DNA from: Chiloscyllium plagiosum
Lineage: Eukaryota
NCBI RefSeq assembly: GCF_004010195.1
Contig: NC_057718.1
Span: 46,497,236 to 46,561,235, forward strand
Direction of reading: 5' to 3'
Length of the DNA stretch: 64,000 bases
This document shows positions 34,864 through 47,710 of this stretch, piece after piece. The notes beneath the pieces are model-generated. The model was given only the letters and a program-made list of their open reading frames with translations, did no database searches and was not told where the DNA came from. How positions within the stretch are numbered: the stretch's first letter is position 1; every line of letters begins with the position of its first letter. The position numbers and the translations under genes are program-made.

Positions 34864-37764
34864 ACATGGAGGGAGACTGAGACAGACAGACACATGGAGG
34901 GAGACTCAAGATTAGAGTGGTGTTGGAAAAGCACAGCAGTCACCCTCCCTTGTTCTCTGTTTCTGTCTTTCTACCTCAGTCTCTCTCCCTCTGTATGTCT
35001 GTCTCCCTCACTCCCTCTGTATCTGTCTGTCAGGGCGTGAGCTTCACGGCAGAGGAGATGACCCACCCTCCCTCCCCTCTCCGCTCGCTGCCATCCAAGG
35101 CCCCAAAGGAGCCTTCCACATCATAGATTTCACATCGTAGATATGCATCACAATGAGCTCTGGCAACTTCATTTTCTATAAATGCCAATGTCCACCACCA
35201 TGATCCCTTGATGTAAAATAGTATCTTTTCCCATTTTTAAGTACAAAGCCCCCACAAGAAAGGTGGTCTTTACAACTGTTTCTCTCCCTTTGAACACCGT
35301 CTGACTGCGGTTTAATTTCCAGAATTCTCCTGTGTTCTCACTCGGCCTCTTGGGGTCTTCTACATCCAATTGACAAAGCACCTTAAAATTAAACATCCTC
35401 CTTGTGTAGTTGATGGATTCCAACACTGTTGCATTAAGTTGAGTGGCAGAGGAAGTCTGTAGCAGCAGAGGTATCTCTTCCACACTGTGGTCGTTACAGT
35501 CAGAAGCCCAGTTTCAGTTTTACACATTTCCTGAATAAGCTTCAAAATGTTAATATTTGCAAAAGAAATGCTAATAATGGGAAATAATGTGGAATTGATG
35601 AGACCAGAAAAAAAAAGAGAAGCTGAGTAATATCAGAAAAGGAAATATATTCCTTCCCTCTAGAAAGCAACTTGGAGGTGGAGCTGGATTCCAACCGAAA
35701 CAGGTGGCCACAGTTTTCCAGGACAATGAGAAATGTCATATCAACCTGTTAAGTGTTCAGGGCCCCCTTTAAAGTCAGTGTTAACTCATCATTCCATGTT
35801 TCATATTTCCTGTCTAGCATGAGACCTCATCAAACGGTGTCACATTAATAACCCCTAACCTTCTGCAAATATAAACAAATCTTCTATGAAGGTAGAGAAT
35901 CATGAGAGTCAGCGCCACTCTATCCCATTATCAATGCAGCGGATCGAAAATAAGGTCTTGGTCTTAGAAGGAACGAAAACTAACCTGTACATGGAGTTGG
36001 GCAAGGAAACTATGGTCAGCTGATGTCGTCAGTAGCTGGACCATGGCCACTGGCCCGAACGGGGTTAGACGAATGATTGATGTTGCATTGATAGGCAGCC
36101 CCCAAAACAGGGTATATTAACAGGGACAGGAAAGGAGGAAGGGGCAAAAAGATCCAGAGATGGAGAGCTGACTGACTCTCTCTCTGCTGGAACACAAGGA
36201 GTGCCCTGTACCAGGCCGAGCGAAGAATAAAGACTGTCGCAGGACCACCACGATAGGGCGTAGGGCCACAGGGACATGAGTGTGTGCCATCTACTCCTCC
36301 ATTCTACAAAACACCTCCAGGATCAGTAAAGCAATCACATCTATCACCTGTTATATATTCCCTTGTCTTTGCCTAATTTGCTGTACCATATCAAAACCAG
36401 TTGTTTCTCAATAAGCTGTCAAAAAATTATTATAAATTAATAACTGCACATGTCAGTAAGTAATGACCATAAGGCCCATAAAAATCAGCACACCCTCCAT
36501 CCAGCATAGTGTTATGATCGTGGTCGGATAGTGGTAAAATGGCCTGTCAAATTTAAGCTTCCATCATCTGATTGATAGACCAGACACTTTTTTTTTTAAA
36601 ACAGACGATTTTTCCAAACGGAGCAAACATGGACTTAAAATGTCTACAAAAGGTCAGCTGGCCACAGATCGAGCAAGGTTTCAGAGACTCACGTGGAATT
36701 TTAAAAATTGCCTCCACTGAGTTTAGCATTTTATCAGAAGGTATCAAAACCAGGCAGAAAAGGTCAGCGTCAAGAAACTTGCTTCTCCTGTTTACTTCAT
36801 GCTTGTAATGATAATTTCACAAACAGAAACAGAAACAGAAACAGAAGGTTTAAACTCAGTAGGTCAAGCAGCACGAGTGGAGAGAAGACAGAGTCCACTA
36901 AGTCTTCTTCACAACAGATATTGAGAGAATAAAGTCTCACTCAGCTTGGAAAGATAGTAGAGTTGAACTCATTGTACATTAAATATATACAGTATATTTC
37001 AAGCTTCGCTTTTGAGCAGAGCAGTAAAAAGGAACAATGTAGCTGTGACAAGCCCTGGAACACACTCCATAAGGGTTTCTCTAATCATCTCCGAATACAG
37101 CGCCTGGTGAAAACAACTATTCACTGAGAACTCATATCTTCAGATTTCACTACAGCTAACCATACAGGTTAACTGTAAAACAACTGCAGTTTCAAGGTAA
37201 AAAATGAATACTCTAAGGATTTTAACTGCATAGCCTTCATTCTCCCTGTCTATACCAGGCACACTCCCTTTTAAAACTTACTATGTTTGTGCACGTCATA
37301 TTCAATTAGTTTTCTCCTTAGGGTTAGAGGAGAATTTTAAAGTTATTTTTCAGTCAGGATAAATGCTTATAATTGGTTCTTTCCTTTTCTAGAAAGCTGT
37401 TTTAGTTGAAGTATGCTAGCTATGTGCTAAACAGAAAAATCAATATTTGCTGCAACTGAGCGGGAGGGTGTTAAAAAGGGAACAGATTCCCCTTAGTCAT
37501 CTGGACTAATTTCCTCCACAAAGAAATTCTAACTTGCAGTTCACTAACAGCAAAAATAATGGCACAACAAGGTTCCACACATTACGACTCTTACTGTAGC
37601 AAGCAAACTCAAGCCCAGTGTGTACGTAATTTGTACTTTAAATATGAAATAGAACTTCTCCCTTGTAATCCAAACTGCAAATATTCCACGCCACAGTTAA
37701 ACTTTACACTTTTGCCTTAAGTAATTCTCCTCAGACCAAATCAAAATGATGCGTTGTTTGTTTA

Positions 37765-38030
37765 TTTAGAGTCACACAGCACGGAAACAAACCTCTCAGT
37801 CCAACCAATCCATGCTGAACATAATCCCAAACAAAACTAGTCCCATCTGCCTGTTCCTGGACTATATCCCTCCAAACCTTTCTTATTCTGATATCCAAAT
37901 AAATGTATTTTAAATGTTGTAATTGTACCCCCATTCCCTACTTGCTCAGGATGCTCATTCCACCCTGTGTAAAAAAATTGCTTCTGTCTTTTTTAAATCT
38001 CTCTCCTTTCACCTGAAAAATACGCCTTCT
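37765..38030 (-). mobile_element. CR1 3' end fragment
   Basis: agagtcacacagcacggaaacaa..ccaaccaatccatgc..actagtcccatctgcctg is the reverse complement of the tail seen at 1835-1920. Confidence 0.85.
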
Positions 38031-38867
38031 AAATACTTTTCCTTTCCCAGCCCAGTGACTTCCAACACCAGAACTGTTCTTCAATGAGGGTGTTCTTCCA
38101 AATTCTCCCTCTACTGCAAGGTAGGCAAACTTCCCAAACTGGTTTCAAATTCTCACAAAATAAAATGATCACAAGCTCCCACCTGTATCCGTGGATATTG
38201 AACGATAAGAGATTTCTCTTTCTCCCAGGTCCTGGCAGTCTTTGAATTCTCAGAGATATCTTGGAAATCTTGCTCTGTCAAAAATCTAATCTCCATAGCA
38301 TCAAGAATCACATTGGCCTAGAAATATTGATTAGCCATCCAGGAGTCTCAACTTCCTTTTTCTATTTGAACCAGACAGACAGTTTAGAGTTGAATGGTTT
38401 ACAAACCAACCTTCTCAACACATTCTTGGGACTTGGAGCCTAGTAGTCTAACCACTGCAAACACAGTGCCATTGCTACCAAACAGGTGTACCTCACACAC
38501 TGCCTTTCCAGCAAAACAGAAAATCTTTACTCTTTAAAAAGCACATCACCCAAACCTATCGCTAGGCAAACCTGTGTAGAGGTCATTTTTATCCCAAGCT
38601 GAAGACAGTTCTGAGCCCTTCTTATAAATGCCATATTTGTAAAAATAAGATTGTTTTGGAACATAATTCAAAAAAAATTGCCACTGAAACTTCAGTGCCT
38701 GCAATAATAATAATAGTCACCTGGTGGCACCCAAGTACTTTCCATCAACCAAGCAGAGCTAACAGAAGTACAGCACATGTAGCTTATCTTATTTAGAGTT
38801 TCTTGGCCCATTTTCTCCAATTTGGGAATAATACTCAATCACCAGGATAAATTAAACTGCCATCCTG

Positions 38868-39120
38868 GATGCACAGCAGTGAGCACTGGTTAGCACCAGG
38901 GACCAGGGTTCAATTCCACCCTGGAGCAACTGACTGCGCGTGTTTCCTCCAGGTGCTGCGGTTTCCTCACACAGTCCAGGGATGAGCAGGTTAGGTGGAT
39001 CGGCCATGATAAATCCACTCTCGGGGTTATGGAGATGGGGTGGGTCTGCGATACTCTTCAGAGGGTTGGTGTTAACTTGATGGGCTGAATGGCCTCTTCC
39101 GGCACTGTCGGGATTTCATG
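38868..39120 (+). mobile_element. HE1-type V-SINE, internally deleted
   Basis: ggttagcac..gggttcaattcc..gtttcctccaggtgctgcggtttcctc..ggttaggtggat..gggctgaatggcctc. Confidence 0.8.
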
Positions 39121-39299
39121 AATTTTGATTTTAGTGACCTCAGTGGTAATATAAAACATATAATAGGGAATTATGCCAATTTTCACTGTATTCCACCATG
39201 TCAAATGTTAAGTTAAAACTCAGAGCTGTAAAACAGATTATTGATTAGCTGTCATTCATTTTACACGACTATAGTCAAAATTGTCACCAAATAGTCCAC

Positions 39300-40140
39300 A
39301 GTCATAGTGATATGCAGTTAGGAAGGAATTTCCTCGAGTCCGCAACATTAGCTCTGACACCATGAAGTCTCATGGCATCATGGGCAAGGAAATCTCTTAA
39401 GTTACCACATACCACCACCCCTCTCAGATGATGACTCAGTACCTCTCAATGTTGAATACTACTTGGAGGAAGCACGGAGGGTGCCAAGGTTGCAAAATGT
39501 TCTCTGGGGAGGGACTTCAATGTCCATCGCTAAGAGTGGCTCAGCTGCTACAGTATGATCAAGGTGGTCGAGTTCAATAGGACATAGCTGCTAGGTCAGG
39601 TCTGCAGCAGGTGGGTGGGAACCGACAAGAGGGAAAAGCAGACTCAACTCACTCTTTACCGATTTGCCAGTGGCAGACACATCTGTCCATAGCAGTAAGA
39701 GTGACCACTGCACAGCCCTATGGAGACGGTCCTGTCTTCACATTGGGAATACTTCCATCAAGTTGGGTGGCACTCAAGTGGATAGACTTTGAACAGATCA
39801 AGCCCCTCAATGCTGGAAGTCCATGAGGTGCTGTGGGCCATCAGCAACAGCAGAACTGTACTCCATCACCATGGCTTAGCAAGTCCTACACTCCACCATT
39901 TCCATCCAACCATGACATCAACCCTGGTACAACATGGAGTACAGGCGGGCATGAAGCAGCAGTGGCAGCCATACCTAAAGATGATGTGACAACCTCGCAA
40001 AGCTACAAAACACTCACGTGCTAAACTGACTATCCAATCAGCAAGTGACGGGCAAAACAAAATAAGATCAGATCTTATCTGATATGTCTAGTAGTGTTCG
40101 GTGATAGATAATTAAACAACCAATTCAGGACTGGAGGAGC
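39300..40140 (+). mobile_element. Old CR1/L2-clade LINE, endonuclease region
   Basis: taccacataccaccaccctc (Y.PP) and gggacttcaatgtccat (GDFNVH) motifs. A related piece lies at 50040-50350. Confidence 0.65.
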
Positions 40141-41048
40141 ATGCACCACTGGGAGAGTGGACCTGCACGAACAGGGGATCAGCAGGGGAAGACAACACAA
40201 CCAGCAGAGTGTCAAATCAACACGTTTCTACCTGTCAGAGCCAAAGTGTGACACCATAGGAAAACTGGTAGCTGATTGGTGGGTAATTCTTCTTTTGATT
40301 GGTAAGTGATTTAAAATCAGGAGACATTATTAGGGTGTGATCCATGGTGACCACATCCACAGCAATCGTCAGGCAGCTCGAGAAACATCAGCACAGATTC
40401 GAGGAGCTGGAATCGGAGCTGCGGACACATCAGGGAGGATGCTGTTTCAGGAAACACAGTCACAGCCTTTGGGTTAACTGCATCAAAACAGGTCAGCAAC
40501 AGAAGAATGTGGCTGCGAGTGACATAAGTATTGGAATCCACACGGAATTCTGGAAGAGCCTCAGTCAATGCCCTTATCCAAGGAGGTACCAGGTTCTTGC
40601 GCCCGATATGGATGAGGAGCAGGGAGAATATTTGAACAGACGAAAGCACCATGGCACAGAGCACCATTCAAGTGGGGAAAGAATAAGAGCAATTTTGTAG
40701 CAATAGGAGACAGCAGCGTTAGGGTAATGGATACAGCACTCTGTAGCAAAGACAGAGTCACAAAGGCTGTATTGCCAACTTGATGCCAAAGTGATGAGAC
40801 TAAATTAAAAAGCAAAACCTCAAGTAGTAACACATCTCAGGATTACTACCTGGGCCACGTACAAATTGGCATTGGGTAAAAATGATTGGGGGGAAATGTT
40901 TGGCACAAAAGATTGATGTGGGAGAAATAGGTTTCATTCATGGGAACTGGAATGCAGCAGGCAAATCATAACTCGGGTAGTAGACGGGGATCGAAATTAA
41001 TTAGTGGGGATAAAGTTCAACTGAACAAAGCTGAAAAAAAATTCAAAC

Positions 41049-42250
41049 CTGTACCTGGACTTTCAGAAAGCTTTTGATAAAGTCCCACATAGAAGGTTAG
41101 TGAGCAAAATTAGGGTGCATGGTACTGGGGGCAAAGTATTAACTTGGATTGAAAGTTGGTTGGCTGATAGGAAACAAAAAAGAGTAGTGATAAATGGCTC
41201 CATTTCGGAATGGCAGTCAATGACCAGTGGGGTACCGCAGGGATCCGTGCTGGGACCGCAGCTTTTTACAATATATGTTAATGATATAGAAGATGGTATT
41301 AGCAATAACATTAGCAAATTTGCTGATGATACTAAGCTGGGTGGCAGGGTGAAATGTGAGGAGGATGTTAGGAGATTACAGGGTGACCTGGACAGGTTAG
41401 AGGAGTGGTCAGATGCATGGCAGATGCAGTTTAATGTGGATAAATGTATGGTTATCCACTTTGGTGGCAAGGACAGGAAGGCAGATTACTACCTAAATGG
41501 AATCAATTTAGGTAAAGGGGCAGTACAAAGAGATCTGGGTGTTCTTGTACACCAGTCAATGAAGGTAAGCATGCAGGTACAGCAGGTAGTGAAGAAGGCT
41601 AATAGCATGCTGGCCTTCATAACAAGAGGGATGGAGTATAGAAGCAAAGAGGTTCTTCTGCAGCTGTACAGAGCCCTGGTGAGTCCACACCTGGAGTACT
41701 GTGTGTAGTTCTGGTCTCCAAATTTGAGGAAAGACATTCTGGCTATTGAGGGAGTGCTGCGTAGGTTCACGACGTCAATTCCTGGAATGGCAGGATTACC
41801 TTACACTGAAAGACTGGAGCGACTGGGCTTGTATACCCTTTGAGTTTAGAAGGCTGAGAGGGGATTGAGACATATAAAATTATTAAAGGATTTGACACTC
41901 TGGAGGCAGGAAACATGTTTCTGCTGATGGGTGAGTGCCGAACCAGAGGACACAGCTTAAAAATAAGAGGCAGGCCATTTAGGACAGAGATGAGGAGAAA
42001 CTTCTTCACCCAGAGAGTGGTGGCTGTGTGGAATGCTCTGCCCCAGAGGGCAGTGGAGGCCCAGTCTCTGGGTTCATTTAAGAAAGAGTTGGATAGAGCT
42101 CTCAAGGATTGTGGAATCAAGGGTTATGGAGGTAAGGCAGGAACAGGATACTGATTAAGGATGATCAGCCATGATCGTATTGAATGGTGGTGCAGGCTCG
42201 AAGGGCAGAATGGCCTACTCCTGCACCTATTGTCTATTGTTATCTATTGT
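41049..42250 (+). mobile_element. Younger CR1 LINE (RT domain to 3' tail) nested in the older CR1
   Basis: YLDFQKAFDKVPH, SGVPQGSVLGPQLFTIYVND and KFADDTKLGG. Stop at 41706-41708. Tail (ctattgt)n. Confidence 0.96.
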
Positions 42251-42513
42251 AACAAAAAAAAAAGAGAGGTCCAGAGGTGGTCTAGAGGCAAAGCGCATCA
42301 GGAGAAGAAAGAAAATGTAAGCAGAAAAGGGCAGAATGAGAAACAAGTGGGAAAAAGTCAATGCTTAAGGTTCTTTATCTGAATGCACACAGCTTTTTGA
42401 ACAGGATAGATAAGTTGATGACAGAAATAAGTAAATTAATACCATTCAATAGCTATTAGAGATGGGGTTGCAAGGTGACCAGGACAGGGAACTTGAATAT
42501 TCAAGTGTATTGA

Positions 42514-42692
42514 TGATTTGGAGATGCCTGTGTTGGACTGGGGCGTACAAAGTTAAAAATTACACAACTGTAAGACACAGAGTTTATAGCAAAATTGTGT
42601 ACTCCACAACCACCTGAAGGAGCAGCACTCCGAAAGCTAGTGCTTCCAATTAAACCTGTTGGACTATAACCTGGTGTTGTGTGATTTTTAAC
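42514..42692. mobile_element. Short PLE-derived element of a third family, with an inverted terminus and a damaged hammerhead motif
   Basis: 12-bp TSD caagtgtattga at 42502-42513 and 42693-42704. gttaaaaattacacaac pairs with gttgtgtgatttttaac. ctga-aggagcagcactcc-gaaa-gc-ta lies at 42614-42639. Confidence 0.8.
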
Positions 42693-43048
42693 CAAGTGTA
42701 TTGAGCATTTCAACACAATGAGCAAAACAAAGAGGTGGGAGTAGCATTGTTAATAAAATAACTGTGTCAGTGCAGTGAAAGAGCACAGATAACTATGCAA
42801 TCGATCATAATTTTTAATGAGCTACAAGGTGTCATAGTTAAGGATTCTCTGAGGAGAAGCGATCACACCATGGTAGAATTACAAATTCAGTTTGAGGGAG
42901 AGTAACTCCAGTCCAACTCAAATCTTCTCAATGCTCGCTAGTAACTCCAGTCTCAAACCAGTGTCCTCAATTGAAATGAGGGCAAATACAGAGGTATGAA
43001 GAAGGTGTTGTCTGAAGCAGATTGGGAAAATACACTAAGGGGAAGGTC

Positions 43049-43482
43049 GGAGTTGAGAGCGTGTTGCTGGAAAAGCACAGCTGGTCAGGCAGCACCCAAG
43101 GAGCAGGAAAATTGACGTTTTGGGCATAAGCCCTTCTTCCCTCTACATTTAACCAACTGCGAATCCTCTTGCAAGGATGCCTTCCTTGAAGAAGCTCTCT
43201 TCCTCCCTCTACTGATTCCTGAAGAAGGGCTTATGCCCGAAATGTCGATTCTCCTGCTCCTTGGATGCTGCCTGACCTGCTGCGCTTTTCCAGCAACACA
43301 TTTTTCAGCACTGATCTCCAGCATCTGAAGTCCTCACTTTCTCCCTTCATTAGGAGTCTTGATGAAGGACTCCGGCCCGAAATGTTGATTTTCCTGCTCC
43401 CCGGGTGCTGGTTGACCTGCAGTGCTTTTCCAGCAACACACTCCCAACTCTGATCTCCAGCTTCTGTGGACCTCACTGTCTC
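43049..43482. mobile_element. Fold-back PLE mini-element with a second PLE terminus nested inside
   Basis: 14-bp TSD ctaaggggaaggtc (43035-43048) / ctaaagggaaggtc (43483-43496). One inverted arm and two direct pLTR-plus-tail units (43214-43344 and 43356-43482). Confidence 0.85.
43219..43246 (+). ncRNA. Minimal hammerhead ribozyme motif (PLE-type)
   Basis: CUGAAGA A GGGC uuau GCCC GAAA ug UC. Confidence 0.68.
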
Positions 43483-44699
43483 CTAAAGGGAAGGTCTTTG
43501 GATGGCAGTGGCAGACATTAAGCATTATTTCATAAGACTCATCAAAAATGTATTCTAGTCAAAAAAAGACCTCCAAGAGAAGGATGAATATTACTGGGTT
43601 AATAAAAGCTGTCAGGGGAGTATCTAATCAAAAATGAAGGCAGTCAAAGCAGCAAAAACTAGCAGTAAGCCACAGAACTGGGGAAATTTTTAGGGAAACA
43701 AATGACAACTAAAAAGCTATTTAAAACAAAAAGGAAGAAAATGGATTGTGAAAGCGAATTAGCAAGAAATAGAAAATCAAACAAGAGCCTGTACAGTTAT
43801 ATAAAAAGAAAACACGCATCTGAAGCACTATTCACAACTCCTTGGATCCTAAAGCAGGCAGTGTCAGAACACAGCAAGACCTAGACAACATCCAGTTTGG
43901 GTTGACAAGTGGCAAGTAACATTCATGCCCAACAAGTGCCAAGCAACAACCATCTCTAACAAAAAAGGAGAGAACCTAAACATTGCACATCAACATTCAA
44001 TGGCGCGCCATCCATAAATACACTGGCTACAAGAGCAAGTCAGAGGCACCCTGCGGTGAGTAACTCAGCTGCTGTCACCACAAAGCTTGTCCATCATCTA
44101 AAAAGGCACAAGTCTGTAACGTGGTGGAATACACCCCAACGGCCTGCAATTCTAACAATGCTCAAGAAGATTGACATTATCAAACAACAGAAGCAAAGGA
44201 AGGACTAAGTGAAGATCATATTGACTGTATTCATGTAAAATTAATGATAGCTAATCATCAGTTCATTTCTCCTAATTTTAACTTACTCTAAATTCAAAAA
44301 GAATTCAGTGAAAATAGAAAGAGATATAAAACAGGTCGCTAATTCCCTGTTACCCATTTAACTCTAAATTGCAAAAGTTACAGTATAAAGTAATGATAAT
44401 GAGGGGCTTGAATTCTAAACATTTATCTGGAATAGTGCTACTATTCGGGGCAAAAAGGGAACAGGTGTCCACAGATTGTCTTCAGAAGAGTTTTCTAAAC
44501 CAGTACAAGTCCAGTCCAACAAGAACCAAAGCACCACGACACCTGGTTTTTGGGAACAAGGCACATTAAGTTGATTAAGGGTTGACCAGGGAACATTTAG
44601 GGGACAGTGGTCATTGAATTATTAACATTAGAATGGTGGAAAGGGAAAGTGATCAATCCAGAGAAAGAATAATGAAGAATAATGAAAAAATATTGTGAA

Positions 44700-45052
44700 G
44701 GTAGGCAATGGCCTATTGGTAATATCACTAGACTATTAACCCAAAGATCCACGTAATGTTCTAGCAGCCTGGGTTCGCATCCCACCATGGCAGACAGTGG
44801 AATTGGAATGCAATAATAATCTGGAAATGAGTTGAAATGGTGACCATGAAATCTTTGCCTATTGTCAAGGAAAAACCCTCTGGTTCATTAATGTCCTTCA
44901 GGGACAGAAATCTGCCACCCGTACCTGGTCTGGCCTATGTGTGACTCCAGGCCCACAGCAATGAGGGTGACTTAATTGTCCACTGGGCAATTAGGGTGGG
45001 CAATAAATGCTGGCCCAGCCAGTGATGCCAACATCCCACGAATGAATAAAAC
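44700..45052 (+). mobile_element. tRNA-derived SINE with LINE-type tail, near full length
   Basis: A-box-like tggcctattggtaa, B box gggttcgcatccc and tail gggcaataaatgctggcccagccagtgatgccaacatcccacgaatgaataaaa. Confidence 0.85.
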
Positions 45053-46441
45053 AAACTAGAGACAGTCCATTTCATTGAAGCACATATCAAGCTGGGCTGG
45101 AACCAAAAGGTTGGCAGGAAGAGCCACAGCTGAACGATGGGTTACCCTTAAAATATGGGGCAAGAATTAAGAAAAAAAAAAGTGTCCTTATGACAGGCAT
45201 TATGTGGAAAATACAATCAAGCTGAATACAAAATGTTTAGAAGGGAAGTGAAAAAGCAAGCAAGGGAAACAATGAAGGAGTAGGAGAAAAGACTGACATA
45301 ACCGAGAATCCCTCAGCACATTCACAGTAATAGGCTGTAAGACAAGAATGTGAGTCAATTAGAGAGCATAGAAAGGAGATTTCTTGTAGAGGCAGGAAAC
45401 ATGATCACACTATTAAATAAATATCTTACATCTGACTTTGCCAGCCAATGTTACTAAGGCCATAGTGACAGAGCAGTAATCTCAGCCATGAGAAGGATTC
45501 AAAATTGATAGAGATTAAATAAGCAAATTGTAAAAGGCAATGGCCATAATCTTTTCATCTTCCCTAAACTTGGGGGTGGTGCTGGAGAAATGTGAATATT
45601 ACAACCTCCAACAAAATAAAAGGGAAAGTCAAGCAATTACAGACCACAGGAAAAATGGAAAATAAAACTTGGTATATTTTGCTACAGTTGTACAGGGTAT
45701 TGATAAGACCACTTTTGGATTACTGGTTATGATCTTGCTCTCCTTATTGAGGGAAGGATACCAATGCAGTTGAAGCAGGTCAGAGAAGGTTTGCTTAATT
45801 GATTCTTCAGATGATGGGGTTAGATTATGAAGAAAGGTTGGGCCTGTATCCTTTGGATGCAGTTATTCCTTTAAAGAATAGGAGGCGATCTAGTTGATGT
45901 AAGCAAGATTCTGAGGAAACCAGATAGGTTGGAAGTGAAAAGGAGGCTGTCCCTTGTGGAGCAGACTCAAACTGTAGCACACTTTAAAAAGGAGTTCTCC
46001 TGTCCAACTCTATTTTGATTTAACCCCTGCTCTACCCTTCACTGTTTGATCATGCAGCATTGCCCTTTGATGCGAAGGGCACTGCTTCTCACTGGCCACT
46101 TGGGTGTTTCTTTTCTTCCTGGTGGTGGAAATTGAATAAAAAAATCGTACACCTTGTGTCTTTCACTGTGTCTCACACCTGCACAAAGAAAAAGAAAAGG
46201 AGTTCGCCACTCAAGAGAGAATTTTTTTTTCCCTTTCAATGGGTCCTTGGAACTCTCTTTCCGAGACAGCAATGGAGGCAGAGTCACTGAATAGTTGGAA
46301 GGTAGTGGGGAATAGATTCTTAATTAAGAAGGAAGTACGAATTTATCACAGCTGGAAGGGAGTGTGGAATTGAAGTCACAGTCAGAATAGCAATAACCTG
46401 ACTTAATGATGGACAGATTCAAGACATCAAATGATGAATAG

Positions 46442-47082
46442 TGTGACGATGCTGTGGCTTTAAGTGGTTAATTTGTCCTGGTCTTTTTAAAGACAGAGGT
46501 TTTAAGACAGAGGTGTATAACTGCCCACTTGGAGAGCCAGTAAACAGCTTCTGAGGCCTTGTGTTTTTTTTGTAACCTAACAATAGAAGCAGCCTGGCTG
46601 AGTGGGGCCAGCACTCAGACCAGGATTTCTAGTTTTTGTGTTTAGCTTTTAAAAATTGCTATTGGAGGCTTGAAGAAGTGGAAGCTATTTTTCTCGTTAT
46701 CAATTACAGCCAAAAGCTGGGTGCTCTCTTCTTCAGCTGCCAGATTGCATGTAAAACAAAATTGTTTTTTCTGAATTTGCATTTTTGCCAAAGGGTGTGT
46801 TTATGGATTGTTACTAGATTTGAAAAATTAATTAGTAATACTTACTATACCTATTACTCCGTTAAGTTTTCAAACAGAGTTAAGTTATTCTAAGTACTTC
46901 TTTCCTTTGTTGTATTTTAACTATAGTGTTTAAATAAATTAATTCACTTAATATTGAGTAGTTTGGCTAGTTGCATTGCATCTGGAACACAGTATGTTAC
47001 ATTTGCCTTAAAAGTATGAAAAAGTTAGGGTCTAGGCTAGCTTAATGGAATATTTTGAGGGGGTCTGGTCTGGTCCATAACA
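46442..47082 (+). mobile_element. Probable solo LTR
   Basis: TGTGA...TAACA termini and AATAAA at about 46934. The 3' half is homologous to 48900-49232. No clean TSD. Confidence 0.6.
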
Positions 47083-47259
47083 GTCAACAAAGATGCAGTC
47101 AAACTGGTCTCACAAGACATTTTAGCAAATACATGTTTACAAAATAAAACACAGGTTATGTCATCTGCAACTTCACAATGCAGTAACTAGATTGACTGGT
47201 ACAAAGGTCAATCTAGTTACTGGTACAAAGGTCAATCTAGCCTCTTAGCTCAAGCAGAG

Positions 47260-47710
47260 GCTTGAGTACAGAATCCCAGCTGCTATCAGTGCGGTGCTGA
47301 GAGAACATTGCATTGTCGATGTTAAACGGTAGTCCCATCTGACTTCATACACATAAAAGAATTCAATGACATTCTCTGTAGAATACCAGACAATTCAACA
47401 AGGGAGAGATCACAAATGGGATTGCTAAAATCTAATTACTCAATGAGTCCTCATAAATCTTGTTAAAATGAAGCTCCATTTACAGTTTCATAAAAGGAGC
47501 AGAGCAAAGAAACAATCTTGGTGCCCTGACATTTACCACTGAAAGTCCACCACCAAAAAAACAGGTGATCTGGACATTTTACTGATGTTTGTGGGATTAT
47601 TCAGATCATAAATTGGCTGTCACATTTCCCTTCATTACAACAGTGATGAGCTAACTGGTGAAATTCTGTGGGGCAGTGAAAGGTGCTGTGTAAATGAAGT
47701 CTTTTCTTTA
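47260..47710 (+). mobile_element. Deu-domain SINE, decayed
   Basis: cagtgcggtgctgag...gatgttaaacggt.gtcccatctg...aaattggctgtcacatttcc..cattacaacagtga...gtaaatgaagtcttttc. Confidence 0.65.

Larger units (their letters stand above)
40260..46430 (+). mobile_element. Old, near full-length CR1 LINE broken up by nested insertions
   Basis: ORF1-like RFEELESELRT and VAIGDSSVR (40344-40760), endonuclease start LNAHS..NR.D (about 42375), SDH motif (about 42860), and RT/C-terminal remnants at 45300-46430 are collinear on +. Confidence 0.7.
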
